A stretch of DNA of 64,000 nucleotides from positions 155,445-219,444 of IMG/VR virus record IMGVR_UViG_3300024503_000485, one strand, 5' to 3'. The position numbers and the translations under genes are program-made. Of the stretch, positions 38,891 to 47,525 are shown piece after piece. Positions within the stretch are counted from its first letter, which is position 1. Every line of letters begins with the position of its first letter. The notes below the pieces were generated by a model. It ran no database searches. It had not been told where the DNA came from and worked only from the letters and a program-made list of their open reading frames with translations.

Positions 38891-39267
38891 CTTTGCAAAG
38901 CCTCCATCATAATAATTTTTGCTAAACGATCACCTAAATCTTCTGCTTCTGTAATAACATGCATAGTATTTTGATTACGATCTCTATTACGATCATAACT
39001 ACGAGTTTCTACAACGTATCCACCACTTGCTTTATAAATCTGTAGTCGCATACCTTCGGAAGATAGTTTATCTTCTTCAACATAGATACCACGATCTGCT
39101 TCGATATCGTCTTGATGGTCCATTAACCAGTTGCGAAAACGTTGTTTTAAAGTTAGTTTCATTTCTTTCTTTCTTGCCTTTTTAATTTTATTCAATCCGT
39201 AACCAGGTGTTCTTGCGATTGACTTTTGGCCAATGGCGTAGCCTGCTGATACTTGTCCAGTACTCAT
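38887..39267 (-). CDS. Hypothetical protein
   Basis: 126-aa ORF with ATGA overlaps. Confidence 0.6.
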   Translation of the reverse strand: MSTGQVSAGYAIGQKSIARTPGYGLNKIKKARKKEMKLTLKQRFRNWLMDHQDDIEADRGIYVEEDKLSSEGMRLQIYKASGGYVVETRSYDRNRDRNQNTMHVITEAEDLGDRLAKIIMMEALQR

Positions 39268-39797
39268 TTAATAATTTCATCCTTGCCATATTGATCCCAA
39301 TCTGTGAAGCGATCTCTTCCCAGAAGGTCCTGTAGGTTATGACACCATACCCCAGGATTAGTTGCTGAAAAATCTTTGTCGTCGATTTTAAGAGTGGCGT
39401 TATAACCTAGTTGATTAATATAAGGTAATTTTACACTGATCTGCGGAATAAATCTACGTTTTTCGGTAAGACCGCTTTCAAGCAATCCTTCCGTTTCGCT
39501 GACATCAAAATCAAGAGTACACCAGAAACCGTCTTCGGCGTCTAAGCATACATAGATCATATCTTCCCAAGGACGCCAGGTTTCAACATCATTGACGCCG
39601 TTAGTTTTAAAACTTTGGTTAGCACCAAAATAGATATGTTTGCAGTCGTTATTACGAGCAAGTTCCATAATAACATATGGATCATGAACGCCTACAACAA
39701 AAAGAGTTTTCATTCCAAAGGCAGGAGTCTTTTCAATTTCGACTCCTGTAAAGAAGGTGATGTTGTTTTCAACACCAGTGGAGTAATCACGTTTCAT
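39264..39797 (-). CDS. Hypothetical enzyme-like protein of the deazaguanine cluster
   Basis: 177 aa, globular; GVEIEKTP, HIYFGANQSF, KIDD..NPGVWCH. Confidence 0.65.
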   Translation of the reverse strand: MKRDYSTGVENNITFFTGVEIEKTPAFGMKTLFVVGVHDPYVIMELARNNDCKHIYFGANQSFKTNGVNDVETWRPWEDMIYVCLDAEDGFWCTLDFDVSETEGLLESGLTEKRRFIPQISVKLPYINQLGYNATLKIDDKDFSATNPGVWCHNLQDLLGRDRFTDWDQYGKDEIIK

Positions 39798-39952
39798 TTT
39801 TTAAAAAGATTTTTAATTGACGTAAGTAAATTATAATATCTTGCTTTGTAATTGTCAACAAGAATTTGGTTAACCACAGATTGATGAGGACATCTTCCTT
39901 GATTCCAAGTACAATTTGGTTGAACGTCTTCTTTACAATATGTACATTTCAT
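39794..39952 (-). CDS. Small Cys-rich (possible zinc-binding) protein, 52 aa, not in the ORF track
   Basis: MKCTYCKEDVQPNCTWNQGRCPHQSVVNQILVDNYKARYYNLLTSIKNLFKK; ATGA overlaps at both ends. Confidence 0.65.
   Translation of the reverse strand: MKCTYCKEDVQPNCTWNQGRCPHQSVVNQILVDNYKARYYNLLTSIKNLFKK
39830..39858 (-). promoter_or_regulatory. Consensus sigma70 promoter TTGACA-N17-TATAAT
   Basis: -35 at 39853-39858, -10 at 39830-39835; perfect match. Confidence 0.8.
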
Positions 39953-40131
39953 TCTTCTAGACCTGCTTGTTTAGCCTGCAATAAAACAATTTCATCTTTT
40001 AAAAATAATCTTTGTTTTTTTAATTCTTCTAGTCTTAAGTCTTCAAATAGCCCATTTTTTTCTAGCGTGTCGATTTGTTTATTCAACACTCGATGTGCTT
40101 CTTCTAAATGTTTAATTCTATTTTCGTACAT
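39949..40131 (-). CDS. DUF465/YdcH-like small coiled-coil protein
   Basis: HLEEAHRVLNKQI..LKKQRLFLKDEI; AAGGAG RBS. Confidence 0.65.
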   Translation of the reverse strand: MYENRIKHLEEAHRVLNKQIDTLEKNGLFEDLRLEELKKQRLFLKDEIVLLQAKQAGLEE

Positions 40132-40140
40132 AAAAACTCC

Positions 40141-41691
40141 TTATTCAACTTTAAGATTATCTAATGCTTCGTCTTCTCTATCATCAGTCCAAGAAGTTTC
40201 ATCTTCTGATTCTTCATAGAACAATGTATCTGCAATGTTAGTAACACCGCCACGTAGTCGAGCACCTTCTAAGTTCTGTAAGAAACCAAGTCGTTCAGCT
40301 TCTGCAATCATAGTAAATGCTTCATCTTTAGTTTTAAGAGCAAACAATTCTTCAACAAACTGATTAAAGTACAAAATATTACGAGGTACCCATTCCGAAC
40401 GTTCATCGCTCTTATCGTTGTCTTTTACTTTACGCCAGTGTCTCCAATCTGGTTTGTAACTAGCGTATTCAATATCTGCAAGATTGTTTGCACGTTGAAC
40501 AGCACGAATATGACATTCAACATTATGACCCATCATTAGAGCATAAGCAAAACTATCCCAACTAGTTTTACCTTCCTTGCCAATCTTGTTTAACATTCCT
40601 GGAGCATAGTGGCAGATATCCGCGACCGTAAGTCTCCTACCAAAATCGGACTCGAAAGGAAAAGGTATATCGTGCCGTCCGGCAAGACCCTTATTGTCCG
40701 GGGCTTTATCCATGATAACACTGAATCGCTTATTGGTATGTTGGGCGTTAGTATATACCAATCCGTGAGCTGTTGCGATGAAAGGTGAAGCGCAGTCAAA
40801 GGAAATTGTGAAGTTTTCATTTACGTGTTTTCTAATTTGACGTTGAATGCTTGTTAAGTAACAAGCCCAATCCAGCTGTGCGGTACCCAAGAAGTGCATC
40901 CAATCCTTGCCTTCTAGCATACCATCAAAACGCATAGTGATTAGTCTGCGTAGTGTAATAGGCATTTTGCACATATTAGCACCACCCATAGCCCAACCTT
41001 CTGCGGCTTTGTCTCCATACTTGTTTGTATCGGAATATTCTTTTACACCCTGGTACCACGCTTCTGCGTTTTCCCAGTTGCTACCTTGTAAAACATTTAA
41101 TAGCTTAGTGCCGCCTTCTTTGGCACCTAAACGATTTTGAATAAAGTATTCGTTATTAAAACGAGTCTTTTCTAAACAATCTTCAAACGATTTTAATCCT
41201 GTCTTTGGGCTGTGAATGTGATCACAAGCCCATGTCGGAACGTCTAGCATCATTGACCAATCAGCAGTTACGTCTAACCAAGTTAAAATCTTTTCGCGAG
41301 TTTTATTTGCTTCAGTACCTTCAAAGTTTTGCCAGTCAAACTTAATAACACCTTTACCGATCTGATAACCGCCTGAATCTCCTAAGATCATTGTCTTTGA
41401 ACGATCACGCTGTTGAATCATAGATTCTTGCGTCATAGACTTAGTAATGTCTAATTGAGCATGACCCGCTGAATACAAGGCAAATTTATAATAAAAATAT
41501 CCTTGTTCGGGATTTAAAAAATTCATACCTTCAATACCGCGATCAAAGTCTTTAGGAATGCGGTCATCTGGAATAAATTTTTCTAAACGTTGTTTTGCAA
41601 CGTATGTAGAATAGAAAGAACTAATAGCTGGTAAGTATACCGCATAGTCCTTTTGTAGTGGTGTTAAATCAACTGGTGGTTGTTTCTTCAT
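40141..41691 (-). CDS. dpdA: TGT-fold guanine transglycosylase, DpdA-type (DNA 7-deazaguanine insertion)
   Basis: GDSGGYQ, MLDVP, VLQG, GWAMGG, HFLG, SFDC catalytic/substrate motifs in order; no CxCxxC zinc site of tRNA Tgt; clustered with folE and queE. Confidence 0.8.
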   Translation of the reverse strand: MKKQPPVDLTPLQKDYAVYLPAISSFYSTYVAKQRLEKFIPDDRIPKDFDRGIEGMNFLNPEQGYFYYKFALYSAGHAQLDITKSMTQESMIQQRDRSKTMILGDSGGYQIGKGVIKFDWQNFEGTEANKTREKILTWLDVTADWSMMLDVPTWACDHIHSPKTGLKSFEDCLEKTRFNNEYFIQNRLGAKEGGTKLLNVLQGSNWENAEAWYQGVKEYSDTNKYGDKAAEGWAMGGANMCKMPITLRRLITMRFDGMLEGKDWMHFLGTAQLDWACYLTSIQRQIRKHVNENFTISFDCASPFIATAHGLVYTNAQHTNKRFSVIMDKAPDNKGLAGRHDIPFPFESDFGRRLTVADICHYAPGMLNKIGKEGKTSWDSFAYALMMGHNVECHIRAVQRANNLADIEYASYKPDWRHWRKVKDNDKSDERSEWVPRNILYFNQFVEELFALKTKDEAFTMIAEAERLGFLQNLEGARLRGGVTNIADTLFYEESEDETSWTDDREDEALDNLKVE

Positions 41692-42040
41692 TTTCTCTCG
41701 CTAGTATTGATGTAAGTTCTAATCTTGTCTTTGCCTGTTCTAGTTGGTCTAATGCTATACGGACTGCTTTATTAGTTGTGGCCAACTTGTACCATTCTTC
41801 TTCCTGCTTCATACGTTTAATAGCCCAGTCAATGGCCTTTTCTGCTTCATTATTTAGGCCTACGTTTGCAGATCCTGCATAAATTTTCATCCAAGAATTG
41901 CCATCAAACACTTCCATATCGGAACCGTTTAATCTCAACATGCCTTGTGAAGGATTATTATGATTCATTGACACATAGGGAAGCGAACTTCCCCCTGCGG
42001 CATACATATGTTTGCTGGAACTATTAACGTTATTAATCAT
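41669..42040 (-). CDS. Hypothetical protein
   Basis: 123-aa ORF overlapping its neighbours. Confidence 0.6.
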   Translation of the reverse strand: MINNVNSSSKHMYAAGGSSLPYVSMNHNNPSQGMLRLNGSDMEVFDGNSWMKIYAGSANVGLNNEAEKAIDWAIKRMKQEEEWYKLATTNKAVRIALDQLEQAKTRLELTSILARENEETTTS

Positions 42041-42777
42041 TAGGCCGCCTGTGCTGGAATAATGTATTTGTATGTTGCCAAACCGCTGTCTAGAGTAATC
42101 TGGATAGCACCTTCGTTACTCAAACTCATCTTAGTGTTGTTAACATCGGCAATCTTAAGAATGCTCAAGATTGGTAGCACTGGCCAAGTCCAACCGCGAT
42201 CCAGTTTACCCGCAACGTTTTGTGCAAAAATAAACTCACCGCCGTGTGTGCTTGCATCACCAAAGATAAACTTTAAGTTACCGCCATCTGTCTTTGCTAA
42301 GAATGTTGGGTGTTCGTTGTTAGCACCTGCTTGGAAGTTGAAACGCTGTACTGCGGCAACACTTGGTTCTAGTTCAACATCCCACTTAACACCACGAAAC
42401 TTAACGGTTTTCATCTTTTCGTTAATAATTTCTTGATTCATAAAGCGATAATCATTACGGAAGTCACCGTCTTTATTTTCAAAGTGAATTCCTACCGGAA
42501 TAGTTTCACCATTTCTTTCAGCAGTTGTAATAGTGATTTTAGCATCATCTTTATATTCTGAACCGTCTAATAGGTATTTGAGTTTATTAAGTTGAGGCAT
42601 GCCAAAAACACCAACCATATCTGGGTATGGATTAGAAGTTTCTGCTTCCATAATAACAGAACGATCGTCTGCCATTGAATTAATTGTAGTCTTTTCTTCT
42701 GTACCTGTTACTTTAACGGTAGTTAAAAAACCTAGATTTTGCGTATGTGATACGATGTCTTGTAAAATATCTTTCAT
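42040..42777 (-). CDS. DNA polymerase sliding clamp (gp45-like, putative)
   Basis: 245 aa, alternating beta/alpha pattern, directly downstream of the polymerase; clamp loader present in the window. Confidence 0.55.
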   Translation of the reverse strand: MKDILQDIVSHTQNLGFLTTVKVTGTEEKTTINSMADDRSVIMEAETSNPYPDMVGVFGMPQLNKLKYLLDGSEYKDDAKITITTAERNGETIPVGIHFENKDGDFRNDYRFMNQEIINEKMKTVKFRGVKWDVELEPSVAAVQRFNFQAGANNEHPTFLAKTDGGNLKFIFGDASTHGGEFIFAQNVAGKLDRGWTWPVLPILSILKIADVNNTKMSLSNEGAIQITLDSGLATYKYIIPAQAA

Positions 42778-42802
42778 TTAGAGAGTCTCCATGTATATTA
42801 AG

Positions 42803-42831
42803 ATTATATTTAGATTTTGAGAAAAAATCAA
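42803..42831 (-). promoter_or_regulatory. Sigma70-type promoter TTGATT-N17-TATAAT with overlapping CTAAATA late-type motif
   Basis: Intergenic; -35 at 42826-42831, -10 at 42803-42808; GGAG RBS follows. Confidence 0.7.
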
Positions 42832-42839
42832 CCCTGAAA

Positions 42840-45509
42840 TCATTCAAAATCAAACAATTTGTTAAATGTATTGTCACTTCTAGTTTGACTGATGTCCCAT
42901 TCTAGTACTCCAATTAAGTTTTCTAGTTTTTCATCAATCACGGTAGTTTCCATAGTTGCATCATCGAATGGTAAATCTTTAAACCATTGTGGCAAACGTA
43001 GTTCGTCTACTGGATAAGCTACTGAGGTATATGCCATCGGATTATCTTTGATTTTACAAACAATGACTTTTGCGCCATCAACGATGTTCATTGAGTATTT
43101 GTCGTCAAACATTCTCTTGAGAGTATTCCAATTAAGACTAGCACGAACGTGTCCGGGCATATTAGCCTTACCTTGTTTCTTTTCTTTGGCAGCATATTCT
43201 GTAATGTTGTTGGCTCGCTTAGGTGAACCCTTCTCCCAACCAGGTCGAGTCTTAAACTCTGTTCTAAAATCTGTGATGTATTCTAGAACTTCTTCTTTAC
43301 TATGACCAGTTAAGACCATTTCAAGAACTTTGCTTAGGAAGTCTTGGATAACAACCGGGGTATCTGACCGCTTGAGGTCAAGCCCCATAGCTTTAATCTT
43401 GCCTGGCTTTCCTTCGACATCTGTACGTTTTCCTTCTTTGTCGTAGTAGAGGACGGCATATCGTTTCTTTGTAATGAATAGTCCTTTGGAAGCAACAATC
43501 TCGCGACCTGCTTTGATGACCTCTCCTCGATTTTTTGGGCAGTGGAAGACATCGGACATAAATTTTGCAAAGGTTCCATTTACTTCTTCTCCTATGGTAT
43601 CATAAAGTTCAATTACATTTTCACGAGACCACGGTATGGTCCCTTTCTCAATGTCCTTCTTCAGCGTAGTGTATGCTGAGAAGTAACAAGAGTCTGTGTC
43701 ACCGTAGATAATAGCTTTACCTACATGGTTAAATTCGCCTGTGATAATTTCGTTTACTTTACTTGCCATATGTTTGGCAATTTGTCTACCAGTAAGAGTT
43801 GTGGATTGACCAATTCTGTTATCAAAGAATCTACATCCAGGATTAAGAATAGCACCGTATAATGAGTTTAAGTTAATCTTTTTAACTAATTGACGTTTGT
43901 CCCAGTATTCTTCTTCAATCTTATTACCTGCTTGAATACATTCTTTTAGTTTGGCCTGCATTTCTTTACGTTCTGAATACCATCTCTTAAGCAGTCCTGG
44001 AATAATACCTTCTTTTTCGTAGGTAAAGATAGTTCCATTTGCAGAGATCATCCACGGTTGATTACTTTCAAAAATTAAATCGTAAATTTGTGCTCCGCTA
44101 AGAGTATCACTACCGCCGCCTTCCCAGTCAATGGTAATTTCACGACCTACTTCTTTTTCCATTACAGAAGTATATTCTAAAGAACCAAAAATACCTTCCC
44201 ATGCTGCCGCAAATGATTTGCCTTTAGCCATCTCTGCTTCAATGTATGCTTTAGTTCCATCTGGACGTAGTTGACCAACAATGGTCTCTGGTCCCATGTT
44301 CAAAGCCCTAATAGCAGAAGGATAAAGACTATTAATATCAAGAGAACCAATCCACTCATGTATACCTTTCTTAGGATATGCAACATAAGCACCAGCGGCC
44401 TGTGTGTCTGCTCCAGCTTCTCGTTGTACACGGTTAGGAACAATCATGCCTCGTCTGTGTGCTTCATTAATAATTGCTTGTTCTGTAACAGCAACAGCAC
44501 CCATAGTTGTTTGAATAAGAACCGTATTTTCATGTGCAATGGTGTTAGCAAGATCGATAAATTTTAATTTTTTATCTAACTTATCTAACAATGCACAATC
44601 TTGTCGGTTATACTCAATAAACTTTCGAAAATCGTTATTGTAAAGTTGATCAAGTGTTCCTTCGTAAACGGTCTTAGACTCGCCTACTTCCATTTCCCCG
44701 ATCGCGTCCAGTCTGTATGTATGTCTTTCTTCGTATGTGTACTTTCTGTATAGTTCCAACGAGTCAACGTGAACACGCCCAACCAAGTCATAGGTAACAG
44801 CAGTTTTGCCAAACTTTTCATATTCTCTCTTTTTTGGATATTGATTCCATAAACAGAATCGACGAGTATCTTCTTTGCTTAGGACTTTGATTACACGATT
44901 AACGGTATATGGAATATCAAAACCTTCCGAGTTCCAACCACTTAATACATCTGCTTCTTCAATAAGGGTTAAAAATGTATCTAACATGTCTGCTTCATTT
45001 TCAAAGAGCATAGTGTTAGGAAATTCTGCAACAGCCTTCTCAGCTTCTTCCATATTCATAGTTTTTGGAGGAATAGCCAAACAGACCATAGTTTCCATCC
45101 ATTGTAGATGAACGGCAATGGCAGTAATTGGCATGAATGCATCGTCGGGTGATGCATAGCCACGCTCTGGGTCAAAGTCTACCTCAATATCAAAAAATGC
45201 TACATTTAATTTTGGAGCATCAATATTTAGATAATGATCTTCTAAACAGCGATAGATTGGGTTAATGTCAGATTCGTAAAGTTTTTTGTTTGAATGAATT
45301 GCAAGTTCTTTGCGAAGTTCTTTTACATTCTTGCAACTTACACGACTTAGGGGCTCGCCCTTGATTGATTGAAATTTACCTTTTGGATCAAGGTAATAAA
45401 AAAGGTGTTTGGCGGCATAATCTTTATAGTGCCTTTGACCTTTGTCATCACGTTCAACGACACGAATTGTGTCGTTTTCGCGATCATAGAATGCGTCAAC
45501 GTAGCTCAT
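42840..45509 (-). CDS. Family B DNA polymerase (gp43-like)
   Basis: FDIEVD, GWNSEGFD and YNRQD exonuclease motifs; SLDINSLYPS, KKINLNSLYG, YGDTDS, KKRY; start MSYVDA after AAGGAG. Confidence 0.97.
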   Translation of the reverse strand: MSYVDAFYDRENDTIRVVERDDKGQRHYKDYAAKHLFYYLDPKGKFQSIKGEPLSRVSCKNVKELRKELAIHSNKKLYESDINPIYRCLEDHYLNIDAPKLNVAFFDIEVDFDPERGYASPDDAFMPITAIAVHLQWMETMVCLAIPPKTMNMEEAEKAVAEFPNTMLFENEADMLDTFLTLIEEADVLSGWNSEGFDIPYTVNRVIKVLSKEDTRRFCLWNQYPKKREYEKFGKTAVTYDLVGRVHVDSLELYRKYTYEERHTYRLDAIGEMEVGESKTVYEGTLDQLYNNDFRKFIEYNRQDCALLDKLDKKLKFIDLANTIAHENTVLIQTTMGAVAVTEQAIINEAHRRGMIVPNRVQREAGADTQAAGAYVAYPKKGIHEWIGSLDINSLYPSAIRALNMGPETIVGQLRPDGTKAYIEAEMAKGKSFAAAWEGIFGSLEYTSVMEKEVGREITIDWEGGGSDTLSGAQIYDLIFESNQPWMISANGTIFTYEKEGIIPGLLKRWYSERKEMQAKLKECIQAGNKIEEEYWDKRQLVKKINLNSLYGAILNPGCRFFDNRIGQSTTLTGRQIAKHMASKVNEIITGEFNHVGKAIIYGDTDSCYFSAYTTLKKDIEKGTIPWSRENVIELYDTIGEEVNGTFAKFMSDVFHCPKNRGEVIKAGREIVASKGLFITKKRYAVLYYDKEGKRTDVEGKPGKIKAMGLDLKRSDTPVVIQDFLSKVLEMVLTGHSKEEVLEYITDFRTEFKTRPGWEKGSPKRANNITEYAAKEKKQGKANMPGHVRASLNWNTLKRMFDDKYSMNIVDGAKVIVCKIKDNPMAYTSVAYPVDELRLPQWFKDLPFDDATMETTVIDEKLENLIGVLEWDISQTRSDNTFNKLFDFE

Positions 45510-45518
45510 TTTTTCTCC

Positions 45519-45538
45519 TTGCAATTTTTGGCTTGCAA
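45519..45538 (-). promoter_or_regulatory. Hairpin abutting the polymerase Shine-Dalgarno (possible autogenous operator)
   Basis: TTGCAA-GCCAAAAA-TTGCAA immediately 5' of GGAG. Confidence 0.5.
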
Positions 45539-45585
45539 ATACCTAAAGTGCGGATTCTGGCCACGCCTACCATCTAAACTTATAT

Positions 45586-45876
45586 TTAATTACTTAGCAT
45601 TCTAATTAAACCTATGCTATCTATAGTGGTTAGCAAGATGTAATTAGCCAGCATACCAAATGATTTCCTAGTCCAAGCAGCCCAAGCGTACATAGCACAA
45701 CCAGTGATCCAAATAGGATAAAGTACCAAGAGAGGTGGGTTAGGGACCGTAAGGGCCATTGTGATACTACACCCAATACTAATAGCCCAAGCAAGAAGCT
45801 CGACAATAAAGCGGCTACGGTAACTCCTAAAATCATCTTTGATCCACTCTATGGTTGAATTAAAGTATTCTATCAT
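45586..45876 (-). CDS. Small multi-pass membrane protein
   Basis: Three hydrophobic segments. Confidence 0.6.
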   Translation of the reverse strand: MIEYFNSTIEWIKDDFRSYRSRFIVELLAWAISIGCSITMALTVPNPPLLVLYPIWITGCAMYAWAAWTRKSFGMLANYILLTTIDSIGLIRMLSN

Positions 45877-46133
45877 TCTGGTAAACGTTTAGTAACGCCA
45901 AGGATCATTTCAACTTCGTCCCATTCAGTTTCGTGATCTTTCCAATTATCTTTATGTGCAATCTTGATTGCTTTATTGATCCAGCTTGGTTTGATTTGCA
46001 GCTCTTCTGCTACGGCTTTAACGGTTTCTTTTAGGCCTTCTTGGAGATCTTCAATTTCACGAAGTACATTTCCGCCTTCATTGATAAGTCTCTCAAGTTT
46101 GGCTTTTTCTTCTGCACCATACATTTTTGCCAT
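45873..46133 (-). CDS. Small helical dsDNA-binding protein (T4 DsbA/GapR-like, putative)
   Basis: AKLERLINE..EIEDLQEGLKETVKAVAEE..INKAIKIAHK; start MAKMYG after AGGAG. Confidence 0.55.
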   Translation of the reverse strand: MAKMYGAEEKAKLERLINEGGNVLREIEDLQEGLKETVKAVAEELQIKPSWINKAIKIAHKDNWKDHETEWDEVEMILGVTKRLPE

Positions 46134-46158
46134 AGTATTCTCCTGTGTATAAAAGTAT

Positions 46159-46187
46159 ATTATATAGCCAACAAAAAAGCCAGTCAA
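46159..46187 (-). promoter_or_regulatory. Sigma70 promoter TTGACT-N17-TATAAT (replication operon)
   Basis: -35 at 46182-46187 lies inside the terminator hairpin; -10 at 46159-46164. Confidence 0.75.
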
Positions 46188-46207
46188 CTCAGGACTGGCT
46201 TTTGTTT
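46173..46207 (-). terminator. Rho-independent terminator (potentially bidirectional)
   Basis: AAAAGCCAGTC/GACTGGCTTTT stem, 7-nt loop, T-runs on both strands. Confidence 0.8.
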
Positions 46208-46221
46208 ACCTTTTGGTAAAA

Positions 46222-47019
46222 TTACTTTTGTGCTTCGGATAACACATCATACATTTCAAATACACCGCCCATTCTTTCATATACTAGCCCGGCATATAGA
46301 TCTGCTTTCATTCCTTCACCTAGTTTAGATTTAGCAACACGCTCAGCCCAGGCAAATAATTCTTTGTCTTTTGGATCAATTTGTTGTTGACCGCCGCTTT
46401 CTTGTACTAGTTTTACCATGTCTTTGAAAGATAGTTTTGTTTCAACTGATTCTGCAACTACTTTCTTAGAAGTTTTTACAGATTCGTTTTTCTTACCAAA
46501 GTATTTTGCTTGTTTAGCACTCATACCTTTCTTGCCATCTTTCTTGTCGCCGCCTTTCTTTTTATCTTTAGCAGCTTTCTTCATTGGTTCTTTTTTGTCA
46601 CCGTCACCGTCGATGTCTGCAAAATCTGGCTTACCCTTTGCAGCTTCAACCATCTTACTAAATTTAGACTTGAACTCAGGATCAATAGACTCGTCTTTCT
46701 TTTTCTTATCTTCTTTTTCAGCTTGTTTTCCACTATAGCGATCACCCGCTGTATGTTTCAAACCAGTTTTAGTTTTTTCTGCTGTACCGCCACTAGCTGT
46801 TTTTTTCTTGTCGCCTACTTTAGCATCGGCATCAAAAACTTCATCCATCTTTTCATCAGCTTTTTTCTTAGCTTCTGCAATATATGATGAAGTACCTGCT
46901 AGCACACGTAATTGTGCATCTTCGTTAAGCTGAACAGCTTTTGGTAATTCTGGAGCTTTTGGTAGATCAACTTGATCGTTTAAGCTATGAATTTTAGTAA
47001 GTAATGATTTGAAGTCCAT
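46222..47019 (-). CDS. Lys/Glu-rich prohead core or internal head protein (putative)
   Basis: Many hydrophobic-x-E sites (LNE, IAE, VAE, VQE, LSE); KPDFADIDGDGDKKEPMKKA; GATAAATA at 47058-47065. Confidence 0.55.
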   Translation of the reverse strand: MDFKSLLTKIHSLNDQVDLPKAPELPKAVQLNEDAQLRVLAGTSSYIAEAKKKADEKMDEVFDADAKVGDKKKTASGGTAEKTKTGLKHTAGDRYSGKQAEKEDKKKKDESIDPEFKSKFSKMVEAAKGKPDFADIDGDGDKKEPMKKAAKDKKKGGDKKDGKKGMSAKQAKYFGKKNESVKTSKKVVAESVETKLSFKDMVKLVQESGGQQQIDPKDKELFAWAERVAKSKLGEGMKADLYAGLVYERMGGVFEMYDVLSEAQK

Positions 47020-47060
47020 GTTTGAGTCCTTGTATCCTGTATAAAGATCCTATAATATAT

Positions 47061-47318
47061 TTATCTTTTTATGGCAGAGCCGCCACCGAAGATATTAGTT
47101 TTCATATCTAGGGCATTTTTAGCTGTACCGTCCTTATTTTTTGCTTGTTTTACTTTAGGAACTGCTGGTGCTTTTGTACCAGATTTGCCTGGGCTACCTG
47201 TGTAGCTTTTATTTCCACGATCTTTTCCTATAGCAATATGAGGGCTAACAACCGTGCCGATATTAGCCGATGATGTTGCTCCTGCTGTAGCTGATTCTAA
47301 AATATCACGTATTTTCAT
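47061..47318 (-). CDS. Small basic internal-head protein candidate
   Basis: N-terminus MKIRDILE-S; AATAAATA at 47326-47333. Confidence 0.55.
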   Translation of the reverse strand: MKIRDILESATAGATSSANIGTVVSPHIAIGKDRGNKSYTGSPGKSGTKAPAVPKVKQAKNKDGTAKNALDMKTNIFGGGSAIKR

Positions 47319-47324
47319 AATATA

Positions 47325-47525
47325 TTATTTATTCTTTCCGCTTTTCATATTTGCACACCAGTGATACATTTTAGATTTCTCACCCGATGCATTTTTTGCA
47401 CGTTTGCGTAGATCAGTAACTGAACCAGAACAACTAGCCCCTGAACGTTTTACTCTTCCGGGGCGGCTTTTTCCTTTAACTTTTCCGTCAGCAAAGTTTT
47501 CTATAACAAACTCTTTAGCTCTCAT
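47325..47525 (-). CDS. Small basic internal-head protein candidate
   Basis: N-terminus MRAKEFVIE-N, resembling the T4 IPIII capsid-targeting leader. Confidence 0.6.
   Translation of the reverse strand: MRAKEFVIENFADGKVKGKSRPGRVKRSGASCSGSVTDLRKRAKNASGEKSKMYHWCANMKSGKNK

Noticed and set aside
40141-41691. Calling this gene a tRNA-guanine transglycosylase (tgt) for queuosine
   Set aside because: It lacks the CxCxxC..H zinc site and the N-terminal TPxFMPVGT of bacterial Tgt, and the phage context with folE/queE favours a DNA-acting DpdA. A tRNA target is not strictly excluded.
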